Source: Spirochaetaceae bacterium (GTDB lineage: Bacteria > Spirochaetota > Spirochaetia > DSM-2461). Taken from it: a stretch of DNA of 64,000 nucleotides. The notes under the pieces were generated by a model. That model ran no database searches, was not told the DNA's origin, and worked only from the letters and a program-made list of their open reading frames with translations. This document shows, in pieces, positions 1 to 9,831 of the stretch. The first letter of the stretch is position 1. Every line of letters starts with the position of its first letter. Both the position numbers and the translations under genes were made by a program. The stretch covers positions 128,001 through 192,000 of the forward strand of contig JAOPTT010000004.1 in NCBI GenBank assembly GCA_051531975.1. Direction: 5' to 3'.

Positions 1-9
1 GAAAAATTA

Positions 10-1086
10 ATGAAATCATTAGTTAAGCTAGTTAGTGTTACAACATTAACATTAGTTTTATTTACATCATGTAGTGGAAAAACTACAGAGGTTACAACTA
101 CAGAAGCATCTGCACCAGTAATTGAAAAAGAAAAATCAACTCTAGAAATGGTTAAAGAACGTGGGAAAGTTATAGTAGGTGTTACTGCTGGTGTTCCAGG
201 TTATTCTGCTCCTGATAGTGATGGTAAATGGCAAGGATTTGATGTCGATTTAGCAAAAGCAATTGCAGCGGCTGTATTAGGTGATGCTGAAGCTATTGAG
301 TGTAGACCATTAAGTGCAAAAGAGAGATTTACAGCACTTCAGTCAGGTGAAATTGATGTTCTAAGTCGTGTAACAACATGGACAGCTTCAAGAGATGCCG
401 GTTTGGGGCTTAATTTTGCAGGGGTTAACTACTACGATGGTCAAGGTTTTATGGTTTCAAAAGAGTCAGGGATTACATCTTTGGCTGAGTTAGATGGTGC
501 AACAATTGCAGTTCAAGCTGGAACTACTACTGAACTAAACTTATCAGACTACTTCAGAAAAGAAGGTTTGGACTTTGAGTTAATTGCATTTGAGAAAAAT
601 GACCAAGCTACTGCTGCATTAGAGGCAGGTAGAGCAGATGCTGTAACTAGTGATCAATCACAGTTGTACGCATTAAGAACTAAATTTAAAAACCCAGATG
701 ACTTTATTATGTTATCAGAAGTTATATCTAAAGAGCCACTAGGTCCTGTTGTAAGACAAGGGGATGATGAGTGGTTCGATATTGTTAAATGGTCTCTGAT
801 TGTTATGGTAAATGCAGAAGAGTATGGAGTTACATCAGCTAATGTTGATGAAATGAAAGCATCTAGTACTAACCCAAATGTTAAGAGAATGTTAAGTGTC
901 GAAGGTAAATTATATGAAGGTTTTGGTTTAGAAGCAGACTGGGCTTATGACATTATTAAGCAAGTTGGTAACTACGGAGAAAGTTTTGATAGAAACCTTG
1001 GAATGGGTTCTCCTCTTAAAATTGATAGAGGTTACAACGCACAATGGAATGAAGGTGGATTACACTACGGAATCCCTTTAAGATAG
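10..1086 (+). CDS. aapJ: General L-amino acid ABC transporter substrate-binding lipoprotein (AapJ/BztA family)
   Basis: Lipobox LFTSC; family motifs ERFTALQSGEIDVLSR, ISKEPLGP, IKQVGNYGE. Confidence 0.9.
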   Translation: MKSLVKLVSVTTLTLVLFTSCSGKTTEVTTTEASAPVIEKEKSTLEMVKERGKVIVGVTAGVPGYSAPDSDGKWQGFDVDLAKAIAAAVLGDAEAIECRPLSAKERFTALQSGEIDVLSRVTTWTASRDAGLGLNFAGVNYYDGQGFMVSKESGITSLAELDGATIAVQAGTTTELNLSDYFRKEGLDFELIAFEKNDQATAALEAGRADAVTSDQSQLYALRTKFKNPDDFIMLSEVISKEPLGPVVRQGDDEWFDIVKWSLIVMVNAEEYGVTSANVDEMKASSTNPNVKRMLSVEGKLYEGFGLEADWAYDIIKQVGNYGESFDRNLGMGSPLKIDRGYNAQWNEGGLHYGIPLR

Positions 1087-1100
1087 TTTCTTATTTAGTA

Positions 1101-1132
1101 GACACCTTTAATCCAGGTTAAAGGTGTTTTTT
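1101..1132 (+). terminator. Stem-loop with U-tract after aapJ (terminator or mRNA stabiliser)
   Basis: ACACCTTTAA-tccagg-TTAAAGGTGT followed by T run. Confidence 0.7.
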
Positions 1133-1157
1133 ATTACAAAACAGGAGTTCTACTTAC

Positions 1158-2327
1158 ATGAAGAAATTTAATATAAAGAATATATCAATACAGACTGGGA
1201 TAATTATATTCTTGGTTGTACTTTTTATTTTCTTCGCAAATACCTATGCCTATAATATCAATAAAAGAAACATTGGAATCGGGTTTGGATTTCTAGACGA
1301 TACCGCTGGTTTCTCTATCAGTCAGACATTAATAGATTACGATGAGTCTGATACTTTTGGTAGAACATTTTTAGTTGGCCTATTAAATACACTACTTGCA
1401 TCATTTATAGCTATAATTTTAGCTACAATTCTAGGTTTTTTTGTTGGACTTCTTAGAATGTCCAAAAACAAACTTTTAAGCAATATCGCAAAAGGCTATG
1501 TTGAGCTTTTAAGAAACATACCCCCACTTCTGCATGTACTTTTTTGGTACCAGGTTGTGTTTCTAAATATTTTACCTCCATTTAAACAGTCATTTAATCT
1601 TAATAATTGGTTATATATAAATGTTCGAGGGATTACAATTCCTTCCTTCCTTCCAGGGATAAATGCTCCAACTTTTAATATTTTAGTATTTGTTTCTATA
1701 GCAGCTCTGATATATATTTCTAATGTCAAAAAAATTCAGGTTCTTCGAGGTGTTCATAAGGTTTTATGGCCATGGAGAATTATTGTTATTTTAATTCCAG
1801 TAATATTTGCACTTGTTGCGCTGCCATACGAAATACTTTTACCAGAAATGGCAAAATTCAAGTTTAAAAATGGTATGACATTAAGACCTGAGATGTTCTC
1901 TGTTGTAGTAGCTCTTAGTACTTATACATCTACTTACATCTCTGAAATTGTTAGAAGTTCAATAGCCGCAGTTCCAAAAGGGCAGATGGAAGCAGCCAAG
2001 AGTTTAGGATTTAATAACTGGGATAGACTTCGGCTTATTATAGTACCGCAGGCAATGAGAACGATGATACCGCCTGTTACTAATCAGTATTTAAATATTA
2101 TTAAGAATACATCTTTAGGTATGGCTGTTGCTTATCCTGATTTAACTTCGGTATTTGCTGGGACTACTTTAAACCAGACTGGGCGAGCTTTAGAGGTTAT
2201 GTCGTTAGTTATGATTACATATTTAGGAATAAGTCTTTTCACCTCTTTAATAATGAATTGGTATAACAAGTCAATTATTAATAAAAAAGGAGAAATGTTA
2301 AGCAAGGAGGATATTCCCTATGAGTAA
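1158..2327 (+). CDS. aapQ: Amino acid ABC transporter permease (AapQ family)
   Basis: Hydrophobic; GLLNTL, YVELLRNIP, EIVRSSIAAVPKGQMEAA motifs; AGGAG RBS. Confidence 0.85.
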   Translation: MKKFNIKNISIQTGIIIFLVVLFIFFANTYAYNINKRNIGIGFGFLDDTAGFSISQTLIDYDESDTFGRTFLVGLLNTLLASFIAIILATILGFFVGLLRMSKNKLLSNIAKGYVELLRNIPPLLHVLFWYQVVFLNILPPFKQSFNLNNWLYINVRGITIPSFLPGINAPTFNILVFVSIAALIYISNVKKIQVLRGVHKVLWPWRIIVILIPVIFALVALPYEILLPEMAKFKFKNGMTLRPEMFSVVVALSTYTSTYISEIVRSSIAAVPKGQMEAAKSLGFNNWDRLRLIIVPQAMRTMIPPVTNQYLNIIKNTSLGMAVAYPDLTSVFAGTTLNQTGRALEVMSLVMITYLGISLFTSLIMNWYNKSIINKKGEMLSKEDIPYE

Positions 2328-3384
2328 AAATCTTAAAAAGATTAAAACAGATTATTTTAATACTCCAATAAATGGATTTTTCTCCATAGTTGCACTATTT
2401 ATAATTGTGAAATTTGGAATTTGGTTTGTTAACTGGGCTATTTTAGATGCAGTATGGTTTGGGGAAACTCGGGATGTTGCAAATAAAGATGGTGCTACAT
2501 GGGCATTTATTATTAATAAAATAAGATTTTTCATGTTTGGTTTTTTTCCAAAAGAAGAGATCTGGAGGATAATTGTAGCGGGTATACTTATAGTTCTAAG
2601 TTTTATTCCATATTTTATGAAAAGAATTAAACATAAGCTATTTGTATTTGCTGGTCATATGGTTATATGGCCAATAATTATATTGATTTTTCTCTCTGGA
2701 GGTGGAATCTTTTCCGATGTTTCTACAAATGATTGGGGAGGTTTAACCCTTACTTGTATATTGTCATTGTTAGGACTACTTTATTCATTTCCAATTGGTG
2801 TAGGTTTAGCCCTTGCTAGACGAAGTGAACTTCCAGTAATTAGAGGTTTATCAATTGTTTATATTGAGTTTTTTAGGGGTATACCTCTAATAACTATACT
2901 TTTTATGTCTTCAGTTGTTGTTCCATTCTTTTTACCCGATGGTGTTTCGTTGGATAAAATTGTAAGAGTTGTAATTGGGATGACATTTTTTCAATCAGCT
3001 TATTTAGCAGAGGTTATTCGTGGAGGTTTACAAGCTATTCCAAAAGGACAATATGAGGCTGCAGAATCTTTAGGCTTTAAGTTTGGATTTCAATCTTATC
3101 TAATAATATTACCCCAGGTTATAAAAGTTACAATGTCAAATATAGGTGGAATATCAATCTCATTTATTAAAGATACAACACTTGTTTTAATTATTGGAAT
3201 GTTTGATCTATTAGGTATAGTGAATCCATTAGCTAGTGATAGTAATTGGTTAGGAATGGAACCTGAAGGTCTGGTTTTTGCTGGATTTGTTTATTGGGTT
3301 ATATGTTTTATTACATCAAAGATTACTGACAAAGCAGAATACAGATTAAATACAATACCTGAAGTTAGTGGAGAGATTAAATGA
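2320..3384 (+). CDS. aapM: Amino acid ABC transporter permease (AapM family)
   Basis: [36 protein letters not shown] motifs. Confidence 0.85.
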   Translation: MSKNLKKIKTDYFNTPINGFFSIVALFIIVKFGIWFVNWAILDAVWFGETRDVANKDGATWAFIINKIRFFMFGFFPKEEIWRIIVAGILIVLSFIPYFMKRIKHKLFVFAGHMVIWPIIILIFLSGGGIFSDVSTNDWGGLTLTCILSLLGLLYSFPIGVGLALARRSELPVIRGLSIVYIEFFRGIPLITILFMSSVVVPFFLPDGVSLDKIVRVVIGMTFFQSAYLAEVIRGGLQAIPKGQYEAAESLGFKFGFQSYLIILPQVIKVTMSNIGGISISFIKDTTLVLIIGMFDLLGIVNPLASDSNWLGMEPEGLVFAGFVYWVICFITSKITDKAEYRLNTIPEVSGEIK

Positions 3385-4142
3385 GTGAAGTTTTAAAAGA
3401 AGACGATAGTATAATTACAATAAATAAATTAAATAAATGGTATGGTGATTTTCATGTTTTAAAGGATGTTGACTTAAAAGTCTCTCCAGGAGAAAAAATT
3501 GTTGTTTGTGGACCTTCTGGTTCTGGGAAATCTACATTAATTAGATGTATTAATCATTTGGAGAAACACCAAAAGGGTTCAATTAATGTTATGGGTCATG
3601 AATTAACTCATGACATTAAAGACATTTCATTAATACGTCAGGAAGTTGGAATGTGTTTCCAAAGTTTTAATCTTTTTCCACATCTTTCTATTCTTGATAA
3701 TTTAACTTTAGCACCTATATGGGTTAGGAAGATTTCAAAAAAAGAAGCAGAAAAAATTGCTTGGAAATATTTAAAACGTGTAAATATTGCTGAGCATGCC
3801 TTAAAATTTCCATCTCAATTATCTGGAGGACAGCAACAGAGAGCTGCTATAGCCAGAAGTTTATGCATGCAACCTGAAATTATGCTATTTGATGAACCTA
3901 CATCTGCATTAGATCCGGAAATGGTAAATGAAGTATTAGATGTAATGGTATCCTTAGCAGAAGAGGGTATGACAATGATTGTTGTTACCCATGAGATGGG
4001 TTTTGCCCGGAGAGTTGCAGACCATGTCATCTTTATGGATGAGGGTAGAATAGTTGAGAGACAAGTACCTGAAAAGTTCTTCAAAAATCCTGAAAATGAG
4101 AGAACTATAGAATTTCTAAAGCAGATACACGCAATTTCATAA
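3381..4142 (+). CDS. aapP: Amino acid ABC transporter ATP-binding protein
   Basis: Walker A GPSGSGKS, signature LSGGQQQR, Walker [10 protein letters not shown]. Confidence 0.9.
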   Translation: MSEVLKEDDSIITINKLNKWYGDFHVLKDVDLKVSPGEKIVVCGPSGSGKSTLIRCINHLEKHQKGSINVMGHELTHDIKDISLIRQEVGMCFQSFNLFPHLSILDNLTLAPIWVRKISKKEAEKIAWKYLKRVNIAEHALKFPSQLSGGQQQRAAIARSLCMQPEIMLFDEPTSALDPEMVNEVLDVMVSLAEEGMTMIVVTHEMGFARRVADHVIFMDEGRIVERQVPEKFFKNPENERTIEFLKQIHAIS

Positions 4143-4183
4143 TAGTTAAGGCTAAATCTTCTAATGGATTTAGCCTTAACTAT
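4142..4183 (+). terminator. Perfect 17-bp stem-loop ending the aap operon
   Basis: ATAGTTAAGGCTAAATC-N8-GATTTAGCCTTAACTAT directly at the aapP stop. Confidence 0.7.
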
Positions 4184-4199
4184 GTGGTAAAATGCTATT

Positions 4200-4376
4200 A
4201 TGAATGAAAAAATTGGACAATCTTTAATTCGATTAGATCTTTTATCTTTTGACCAAGCTGAAGAAGTTCTTAGAGTTCAACAGGAAGAACCCCATAGAAT
4301 ATTTGGTGATATCGCAATGTCTCTTGGGTATATTAGCAGTGATGATTTAGACGGTTTTATCGATAATAGTAAGTAA
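4200..4376 (+). CDS. 58-aa stand-alone MshEN-like (putative c-di-GMP-binding) protein, not in the ORF track
   Basis: Translated by hand: MNEKIGQSLIRLDLLSFDQAEEVLRVQQEEPHRIFGDIAMSLGYISSDDLDGFIDNSK; two RLGxxL..GxI-like repeats; TGnTAAAAT 6 nt before ATG. Confidence 0.7.
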   Translation: MNEKIGQSLIRLDLLSFDQAEEVLRVQQEEPHRIFGDIAMSLGYISSDDLDGFIDNSK

Positions 4377-4418
4377 TATTGTTAGCCATGTATTATACTA
4401 CTATTAAGAGGTTTAAAA

Positions 4419-4652
4419 ATGAAAAGATTTACATGTAAAGAGATCATGAATGGTGAAGGTGGCTGCGATAAAGTATTTGAAGCAGAAACAGCTATGGACA
4501 TATCAAAAATAAGTTCTGGCCACTTTATGGAAACTACAGATGAAGCCCATAAACCTATGAGGGATATGATGACCACCGGGCATAGTAAAGAAGAGGCGGA
4601 CAAATGGTGGGCATGGTTTAGTGCCGAGTGGGATAAAAAAGAACTTAGTTAA
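4419..4652 (+). CDS. Small putative metal-binding protein (DUF1059-like)
   Basis: MKRFTCKE..GGCD...H...H pattern; GAGG RBS upstream. Confidence 0.6.
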   Translation: MKRFTCKEIMNGEGGCDKVFEAETAMDISKISSGHFMETTDEAHKPMRDMMTTGHSKEEADKWWAWFSAEWDKKELS

Positions 4653-5862
4653 GTTTATCTACTATTAACTTTGATGTGGAGAATGCTGCCTGGATGTTAT
4701 AACCTCCAGTATCTCCATCTATATCCATAATTTCTCCAGCTAAAAAAAGACCAGGTAAAATTTTAGATTCCATAGTTTTTCTATCAATCTCAGTTATATC
4801 TACTCCACCTGCAGTAACCATTGAAGCGTTAAATCCTAGTTTTGATGATACTTTAAATGGGAAGCTTAATAGATGGTTCACAAGTTTACTTTTAACCTTC
4901 TTATTTAACTCTTTTCCAGTTGAAGTTGAAGGGATATCTAGATAACTACACAAACTTTCTACCATAGATGCTGTTAACCCCAACTCTTTTAGAATTTTTT
5001 TAATAGTAATCTTTGATGCACTGTTTAGGATTTGCATTATTTCAGTTCTTTTTTCTTCTTTATTATTGCAACTGATTATAGATACAGCTAAAAGATCGGC
5101 TTTATCTATAAATCTAGAGTTATTTAATATACCTGGACCTGAAAGACCATGATGGGTAAATAGAACATCTCCGGTTTTTTGTAGATATCTTTTAGTTTCC
5201 GAATTTCTAAAAAATTCTATATTTGATCCCTTTACAGAACTACCAGATAGATTTTTAAATGGATAGTTTTCAACTTTTATACCAACTAATGCTTGGGTTG
5301 GATCTATGATTTTATGACCTAGGGATTTTGCTAAAATATAACCTGAGCCATCTGAACCAGTTTCAGGATATGACTTACCTCCGGTTGCTAATACAATATT
5401 TTTTGCTTTATAATTATCAGTACCACAGTTTACAATAAAACAGTCTGATTGCTTTTGTATAGAAAGAACTTTACTGTTATATTTGATTAAAGTACCATTT
5501 TTACTAATTTCTCGTTGTAAAAAATCAATTACAGTTTGGGCTTTTAATGTCTCCGGGAAAACTTTACCATCATCTCTGATTTCTAGCCCTAATCCAATTG
5601 ATTTTAACCAATCTCTATTAGCCTTAGTTGGGAAATTTAGCAGTGCCGCTTTTAAAAAATTACTTTTCTTTTTATCTCCAAACCGGGTTAAAAAGTCCTC
5701 TGTAGAGTCCATGTTTGTTATATTACACATGCCTCCACCAGTTATTAGAATCTTTTGCCCTAGACGTTTCCCACCTTCAATAAGTAGGTTTTTTCCACTA
5801 GTTAAGTTCGCCGCAGTAAAAAGTCCTGCAGCACCACCACCAATTATTATCGTTTTATACAA
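4645..5862 (-). CDS. HI0933/BaiN/YhiN family flavoprotein
   Basis: GGGAAG FAD motif, GQKILITGGGMCNITN, TGGKSYP, DIDGDTGGYNIQAA. Confidence 0.9.
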   Translation of the reverse strand: MYKTIIIGGGAAGLFTAANLTSGKNLLIEGGKRLGQKILITGGGMCNITNMDSTEDFLTRFGDKKKSNFLKAALLNFPTKANRDWLKSIGLGLEIRDDGKVFPETLKAQTVIDFLQREISKNGTLIKYNSKVLSIQKQSDCFIVNCGTDNYKAKNIVLATGGKSYPETGSDGSGYILAKSLGHKIIDPTQALVGIKVENYPFKNLSGSSVKGSNIEFFRNSETKRYLQKTGDVLFTHHGLSGPGILNNSRFIDKADLLAVSIISCNNKEEKRTEIMQILNSASKITIKKILKELGLTASMVESLCSYLDIPSTSTGKELNKKVKSKLVNHLLSFPFKVSSKLGFNASMVTAGGVDITEIDRKTMESKILPGLFLAGEIMDIDGDTGGYNIQAAFSTSKLIVDKLN

Positions 5863-5864
5863 AA

Positions 5865-7118
5865 TTAGACCCTTTTAATGTAAATTCTAGAGTTTCTCTC
5901 AGAGTTATAAATATCCTGTTTCCACTCTGGTAGATCCTCTATTGTTCCTTTTTGGAAACCAATAGACTCAAACCAGTCAGAGGTTCTTGTTGTTAATACA
6001 AAAAACGTTTTGATACCTGTTTCTGTACCTTTTGTTATTAGGTATTCAACAATGGCTTTACCTGTACCCATCTTATTAGAGGAAGATGCTGTTGCAAGAC
6101 CTGCAATTTCACCTATATCACCATCTTTTAAGTGAAGTGCACCACAAGCATGTATTTTTTTATCAATTTCATAAACAACATAGTCATCCAATGTGTCTTT
6201 AAACTGATCAACTGTTCTTTTAACAAGTATTCCTTCATTTACAAAAGGCTTCATTAGATTCATCACATCGGTTATATCTTTAGACATCATTGGTCTAATC
6301 TGCTCATATTCGTTGGCATGAATCATTGTTCCAACACCGGTATTAGAAAATATCTCTTTTAAGATTACACCCTCTATTCTGCCATCAACTATATGAACTC
6401 TTTTTACACCATTGTTACAAGCTTCAACACCATAATCTACTAGAGACTTTGTTTCACCTTGATATAATTCAGCTTCATTTAAGTCCATTCTGCTAAGACC
6501 ATTTAATCTTTCGTGTTCTCCTATAAAAAACAACTTACTAGACTTTAGGGTTAAACTAATCGCTGTTGCAAGTTCAGTACTACTTATATTGTATGGTTTA
6601 CCTATTGAGTTCCAGCCTATACATGGAAAAATTGGTACAAGATCATCACCAATAATTTTAAGTAGTGACTCTTTAGAAATCTTATCTACAACTCCTGTTT
6701 CCTGATAATCTACACCATCTAAAACACCCTTTCCTCTAGCATGTACCCAGTTCCCAATAACTGCAGGTATCTTAGATCTGGTTAAAGAAGTCATTACTCT
6801 ATTTGCAACATCAAATGCTGCCATTTTAATAAATGGGATAGTCTCATGGGTTGAGATTCTAATACCATTGTTCATAGTTGTTTTTACATTATATTGCTTT
6901 AAAATTCTATCTATATGATTATGGGCACCAGGGACAATTACAATGTTAATACCAGCATCTTTTAACATTGCTAAATCTTTAATTAATCCATGAAAGTTAT
7001 CACTTTCTAAAATACTATTCTCTATCTGAAAAACAAAAGTTTGTTCCTTAAATCTTCTAGTATAATAAAATACCTCTCTAATTAGATCTACACTCTCTTT
7101 TAATTTATCTCGTTTCAT
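5865..7118 (-). CDS. argA: Amino-acid N-acetyltransferase (N-acetylglutamate synthase, kinase-like + GNAT domains)
   Basis: N-terminal AAK-like domain (GVKRVHIVDG..EIFSNTGVGTMI); C-terminal GNAT with VLTTRTSDWF and YNSERNSRI. Confidence 0.85.
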   Translation of the reverse strand: MKRDKLKESVDLIREVFYYTRRFKEQTFVFQIENSILESDNFHGLIKDLAMLKDAGINIVIVPGAHNHIDRILKQYNVKTTMNNGIRISTHETIPFIKMAAFDVANRVMTSLTRSKIPAVIGNWVHARGKGVLDGVDYQETGVVDKISKESLLKIIGDDLVPIFPCIGWNSIGKPYNISSTELATAISLTLKSSKLFFIGEHERLNGLSRMDLNEAELYQGETKSLVDYGVEACNNGVKRVHIVDGRIEGVILKEIFSNTGVGTMIHANEYEQIRPMMSKDITDVMNLMKPFVNEGILVKRTVDQFKDTLDDYVVYEIDKKIHACGALHLKDGDIGEIAGLATASSSNKMGTGKAIVEYLITKGTETGIKTFFVLTTRTSDWFESIGFQKGTIEDLPEWKQDIYNSERNSRIYIKRV

Positions 7119-8365
7119 AGGTTTCCTTTTTTTAAGAAGTAGCTGTCCAGCATATCCTGTTCAAATTCTTCATTTGAGCTATATTCTCTATTAAATACAT
7201 CCATCCAGAGTTTTTTATCCTCCATACACATGTAAAAAAATACATCCCTATGCCATTTATCGAAGGAATTGTATAAAAAGCTGAACATTTTATTCTTAAT
7301 ATCGTAGGTATATGACTGTTTCCCCTCTGCATCGGCTAAAGGAATCTGTAAAATCTTGGATTTGAAGTTTCTACTTCTAATCTGTTTAATAACTGGCTTT
7401 ATAAAAGTTAAAGTACCAATGGATATTAAAGCTACCATTTGGGAGTTAAAATTATCCATTATCTTTGTGGCTATTTCCTTGTATTCATTTTCCCATCCAG
7501 TGTAATAAACCATAGGGTGAAAGTGGAAGCCAACTAATATTCCCTTATCATGTATCTGCTTTGCTGCTTCTAATCTTTCAGATAATGATGATGTTAAATG
7601 TTCCTCGTTATCTATAACTGTTTGCGTATTTAACGACCATGTACAAATTATATTTTTAGGAACCTGACACTCTAGTAGATACTTTATGTTGTTCGACTTA
7701 GTTTTAAGTTCCAATATTACATTAGGGTTCTCTCTGGCAAAGTTAAATAGGTGCTTTAAATTATCTTCTCTATTACCCCACATCAGAGAGTCGGAAGATT
7801 GCCCTGTACCAATATGATACCTTTTATTAGAGTCTAGTTCTAAATTATCTAACTTCAATTTAAGGTTCTTTTCAAAGAGGATTTTTCCACCTTTATAAAA
7901 AGACTGGATTGTACAATAACTACAGTCATAACCACAGTTAATAACAGAATCTAATGTTTTTAAATTACAACACCTTGTTTTATCCGATGCTACCGGACAG
8001 TCTCCTAAAATGGTTCTATCCTCTTTAATATCTACAAACTTAATATCATCTTTTTTATAATCCGATAGGGGAGTGAATCCCTGGTAATCTGTGGGTTCAT
8101 TCTTTAGTTTTAACCAGGTCTCTTTTACAATCCCAGTCATGTAAGCATTCAGAGCTTTATCTTTTAATTCTGACTCTGCTTTTGGCCAGTAAAACTCTAA
8201 AGCTTCCTCATCCCAGGACTCTAGGTCTATAGATATATCTATTAATTGTTTAATATCCTGATACGATAATCTAAACTCGCTAGCAACATTAGTGATAAAT
8301 AATCTGTTAATTCCCCCTAGCCTTAGCCAGGGTTTTGTATCAAAAAACTGGGATATTTTACTCAT
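7115..8365 (-). CDS. Radical SAM protein, spore photoproduct lyase (SplB)-like family
   Basis: CGYDCSYC cluster motif, GTGQSSDSL, LELKTKS, WSLN, GFHFHPM, YMCME. Confidence 0.75.
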   Translation of the reverse strand: MSKISQFFDTKPWLRLGGINRLFITNVASEFRLSYQDIKQLIDISIDLESWDEEALEFYWPKAESELKDKALNAYMTGIVKETWLKLKNEPTDYQGFTPLSDYKKDDIKFVDIKEDRTILGDCPVASDKTRCCNLKTLDSVINCGYDCSYCTIQSFYKGGKILFEKNLKLKLDNLELDSNKRYHIGTGQSSDSLMWGNREDNLKHLFNFARENPNVILELKTKSNNIKYLLECQVPKNIICTWSLNTQTVIDNEEHLTSSLSERLEAAKQIHDKGILVGFHFHPMVYYTGWENEYKEIATKIMDNFNSQMVALISIGTLTFIKPVIKQIRSRNFKSKILQIPLADAEGKQSYTYDIKNKMFSFLYNSFDKWHRDVFFYMCMEDKKLWMDVFNREYSSNEEFEQDMLDSYFLKKGNL

Positions 8366-8607
8366 TAGCCAATTTTAAACTGTTTTAGATTTCTATGCTA
8401 TATCAGGATATTTAAAACATACTAATATTCTGTATTCAGTTTTTTAAAAACACCTTACTTGGATATAACATATAAGAAGTCATATCGTTGTAAAGTTTAT
8501 TCATATATCGGGTATAAGTATGATTTACTGTTAAAGTTATAGTACTTTCGGCTGATATTGTTCAATTAAAACTTTATATGTGTATTTAGGGTAACTATAT
8601 ATAAGTC

Positions 8608-8818
8608 ATAGGGAAAATCCCTATATGAAATGAAGAGTCTGCCTCATATACGGATAAACTATCGGATGGTATATTTAGAACATATTAAAAAGTAATAAAA
8701 ATAAAGTTAATTAAAAAAAGGTTTTTGTTTTTATTTAAAAAAGTAAGATTAAAGTGAATTGAAAAAAGTAAAAGTTTATTTAAAAGTTGAGGGTTTGTAA
8801 TGGTACAAACCCTTTTTT
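8608..8818 (+). ncRNA. Cassette copy 1: palindromic box, promoter, putative ~137-nt AAAGU-repeat sRNA (about 8682-8818) and terminator
   Basis: ATAGGGAAAATCCCTAT 8608-8624; TGgTATATT -10 at 8670-8675; 7 AAAGT motifs; terminator AGGGTTTGTA-atgg-TACAAACCCT-T5; homologous to two other copies. Confidence 0.65.
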
Positions 8819-8826
8819 ATTTATAA

Positions 8827-9432
8827 TTAGCCTCTATAATTTAGAGCAGATTTAAAATTATGTTTGTTAGTTATGAATATTTGTTTTTTGAATGATATAA
8901 AGTCAATATCCCCATCTAGTTTAAAAACTTCTTTTTCATCAAGATCTACTAACATATTATCAGTTAAAACAGTGTTTGCAAATTGTCTAACTTTTTTTGT
9001 ATTCCAAGCGGCTGAAACTTTTCTAACTGAGTATAATTCCTGATCATCAAATATTAATCTTGCTACATAAAACCAAGATCCTAATAGTTCATCAGGCGTT
9101 ATTGCTAGTTCGGGTTTAGGTGTTGAATTTATAGTCTGAAGAATTTCATCAAAGTCAGTTTCACTATTTTCTATAACTAGGGCGTTATTTGGTTCTTCGT
9201 TATTTTCTTTTTTTAGATCTGTAATACTTTTTATATAATAAATTTTATTTGTAGTTATTCCTTTTAGCTTAAAATGTAGATCACGTTCTAATTTTAGTTC
9301 TTTAATACTGTATTTTGCTTTTTTATCTCTAAGGGTTCGTTTGACTATAAAAAAGGTTAATTTTGCATCATGCCAGTTTACCTCTTTTAGATTGTCTAAT
9401 ACTTGATCCATTTCTTGCACTTTTTTCTCCAA
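8827..9432 (-). CDS. KwaB-like (DUF4868) protein, apparently N-terminal domain only
   Basis: VFKLDGDIDFISFKKQIFITNKHNFKSALNYR resembles my recollection of the DUF4868 core; 201 aa versus about 300 aa for typical KwaB; start codon uncertain. Confidence 0.55.
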   Translation of the reverse strand: MEKKVQEMDQVLDNLKEVNWHDAKLTFFIVKRTLRDKKAKYSIKELKLERDLHFKLKGITTNKIYYIKSITDLKKENNEEPNNALVIENSETDFDEILQTINSTPKPELAITPDELLGSWFYVARLIFDDQELYSVRKVSAAWNTKKVRQFANTVLTDNMLVDLDEKEVFKLDGDIDFISFKKQIFITNKHNFKSALNYRG

Positions 9433-9461
9433 ACTTTTTTTATATACTAATAACCCTTACT

Positions 9462-9488
9462 ATATCGGCATAAATACTTATAACTAAA
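9462..9488 (-). promoter_or_regulatory. Candidate sigma-28 (FliA) promoter for the KwaB-like gene
   Basis: Minus strand reads TTTAGTTA-N11-GCCGATAT versus consensus TAAAGTTT-N11-GCCGATAA. Confidence 0.5.
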
Positions 9489-9713
9489 TAGGGAAAATCC
9501 CTATGTAAAATGAATAAATGACCTCATATACGGATATCAGATGTGATGTTATATTTAAATCATATTAAAAAGTTAAATAAATAAAGTTGATTAAAAGAAA
9601 GTATTAAGAAAAAAGTTTAAGTTTTATTTAAAAAAAGTAAGAGCAATGTTTATTTCAAAAAGTATTTTTTAATTAGTATTCTAAGGGAATGTAATGGTGC
9701 AGTCCCTTTTTTT
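9488..9713 (+). ncRNA. Cassette copy 2: palindromic box, promoter, putative ~152-nt AAAGU-repeat sRNA (about 9562-9713) and terminator
   Basis: ATAGGGAAAATCCCTAT 9488-9504; TGtTATATT -10 at 9550-9555; 6 AAAGT motifs; terminator AAGGGAaTGTA-atgg-TGCAgTCCCTT-T5. Confidence 0.65.
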
Positions 9714-9831
9714 ATGCCCTTTTTCTATAATTAATCACACTGACAAATTAAACTTATTCGGTTGTCTATAACATTTACAAAAGCCTTAAAGAAATTACTT
9801 ATTCAAATCTCCTATTAGTGGTTGTTTTTTG

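Noticed and set aside
8436..8570. 22-codon minus-strand ORF and two sigma-28-like -10 boxes upstream of the SplB-like gene
   Set aside because: No RBS, poor -35 matches and no recognisable homology; too weak to call.
8630..8695. 21-codon ORF MKSLPHIRINYRMVYLEHIKK in cassette copy 1 as a possible leader or toxin peptide
   Set aside because: The same frame has in-frame stops in copy 2 (TGA, codon 4) and copy 3 (TAG, codon 10), has no RBS, and overlaps the predicted promoter.
8682..8818. CsrB/RsmZ-type CsrA sponge
   Set aside because: The bodies contain no GGA hairpin-loop motifs; only the overall architecture is analogous.
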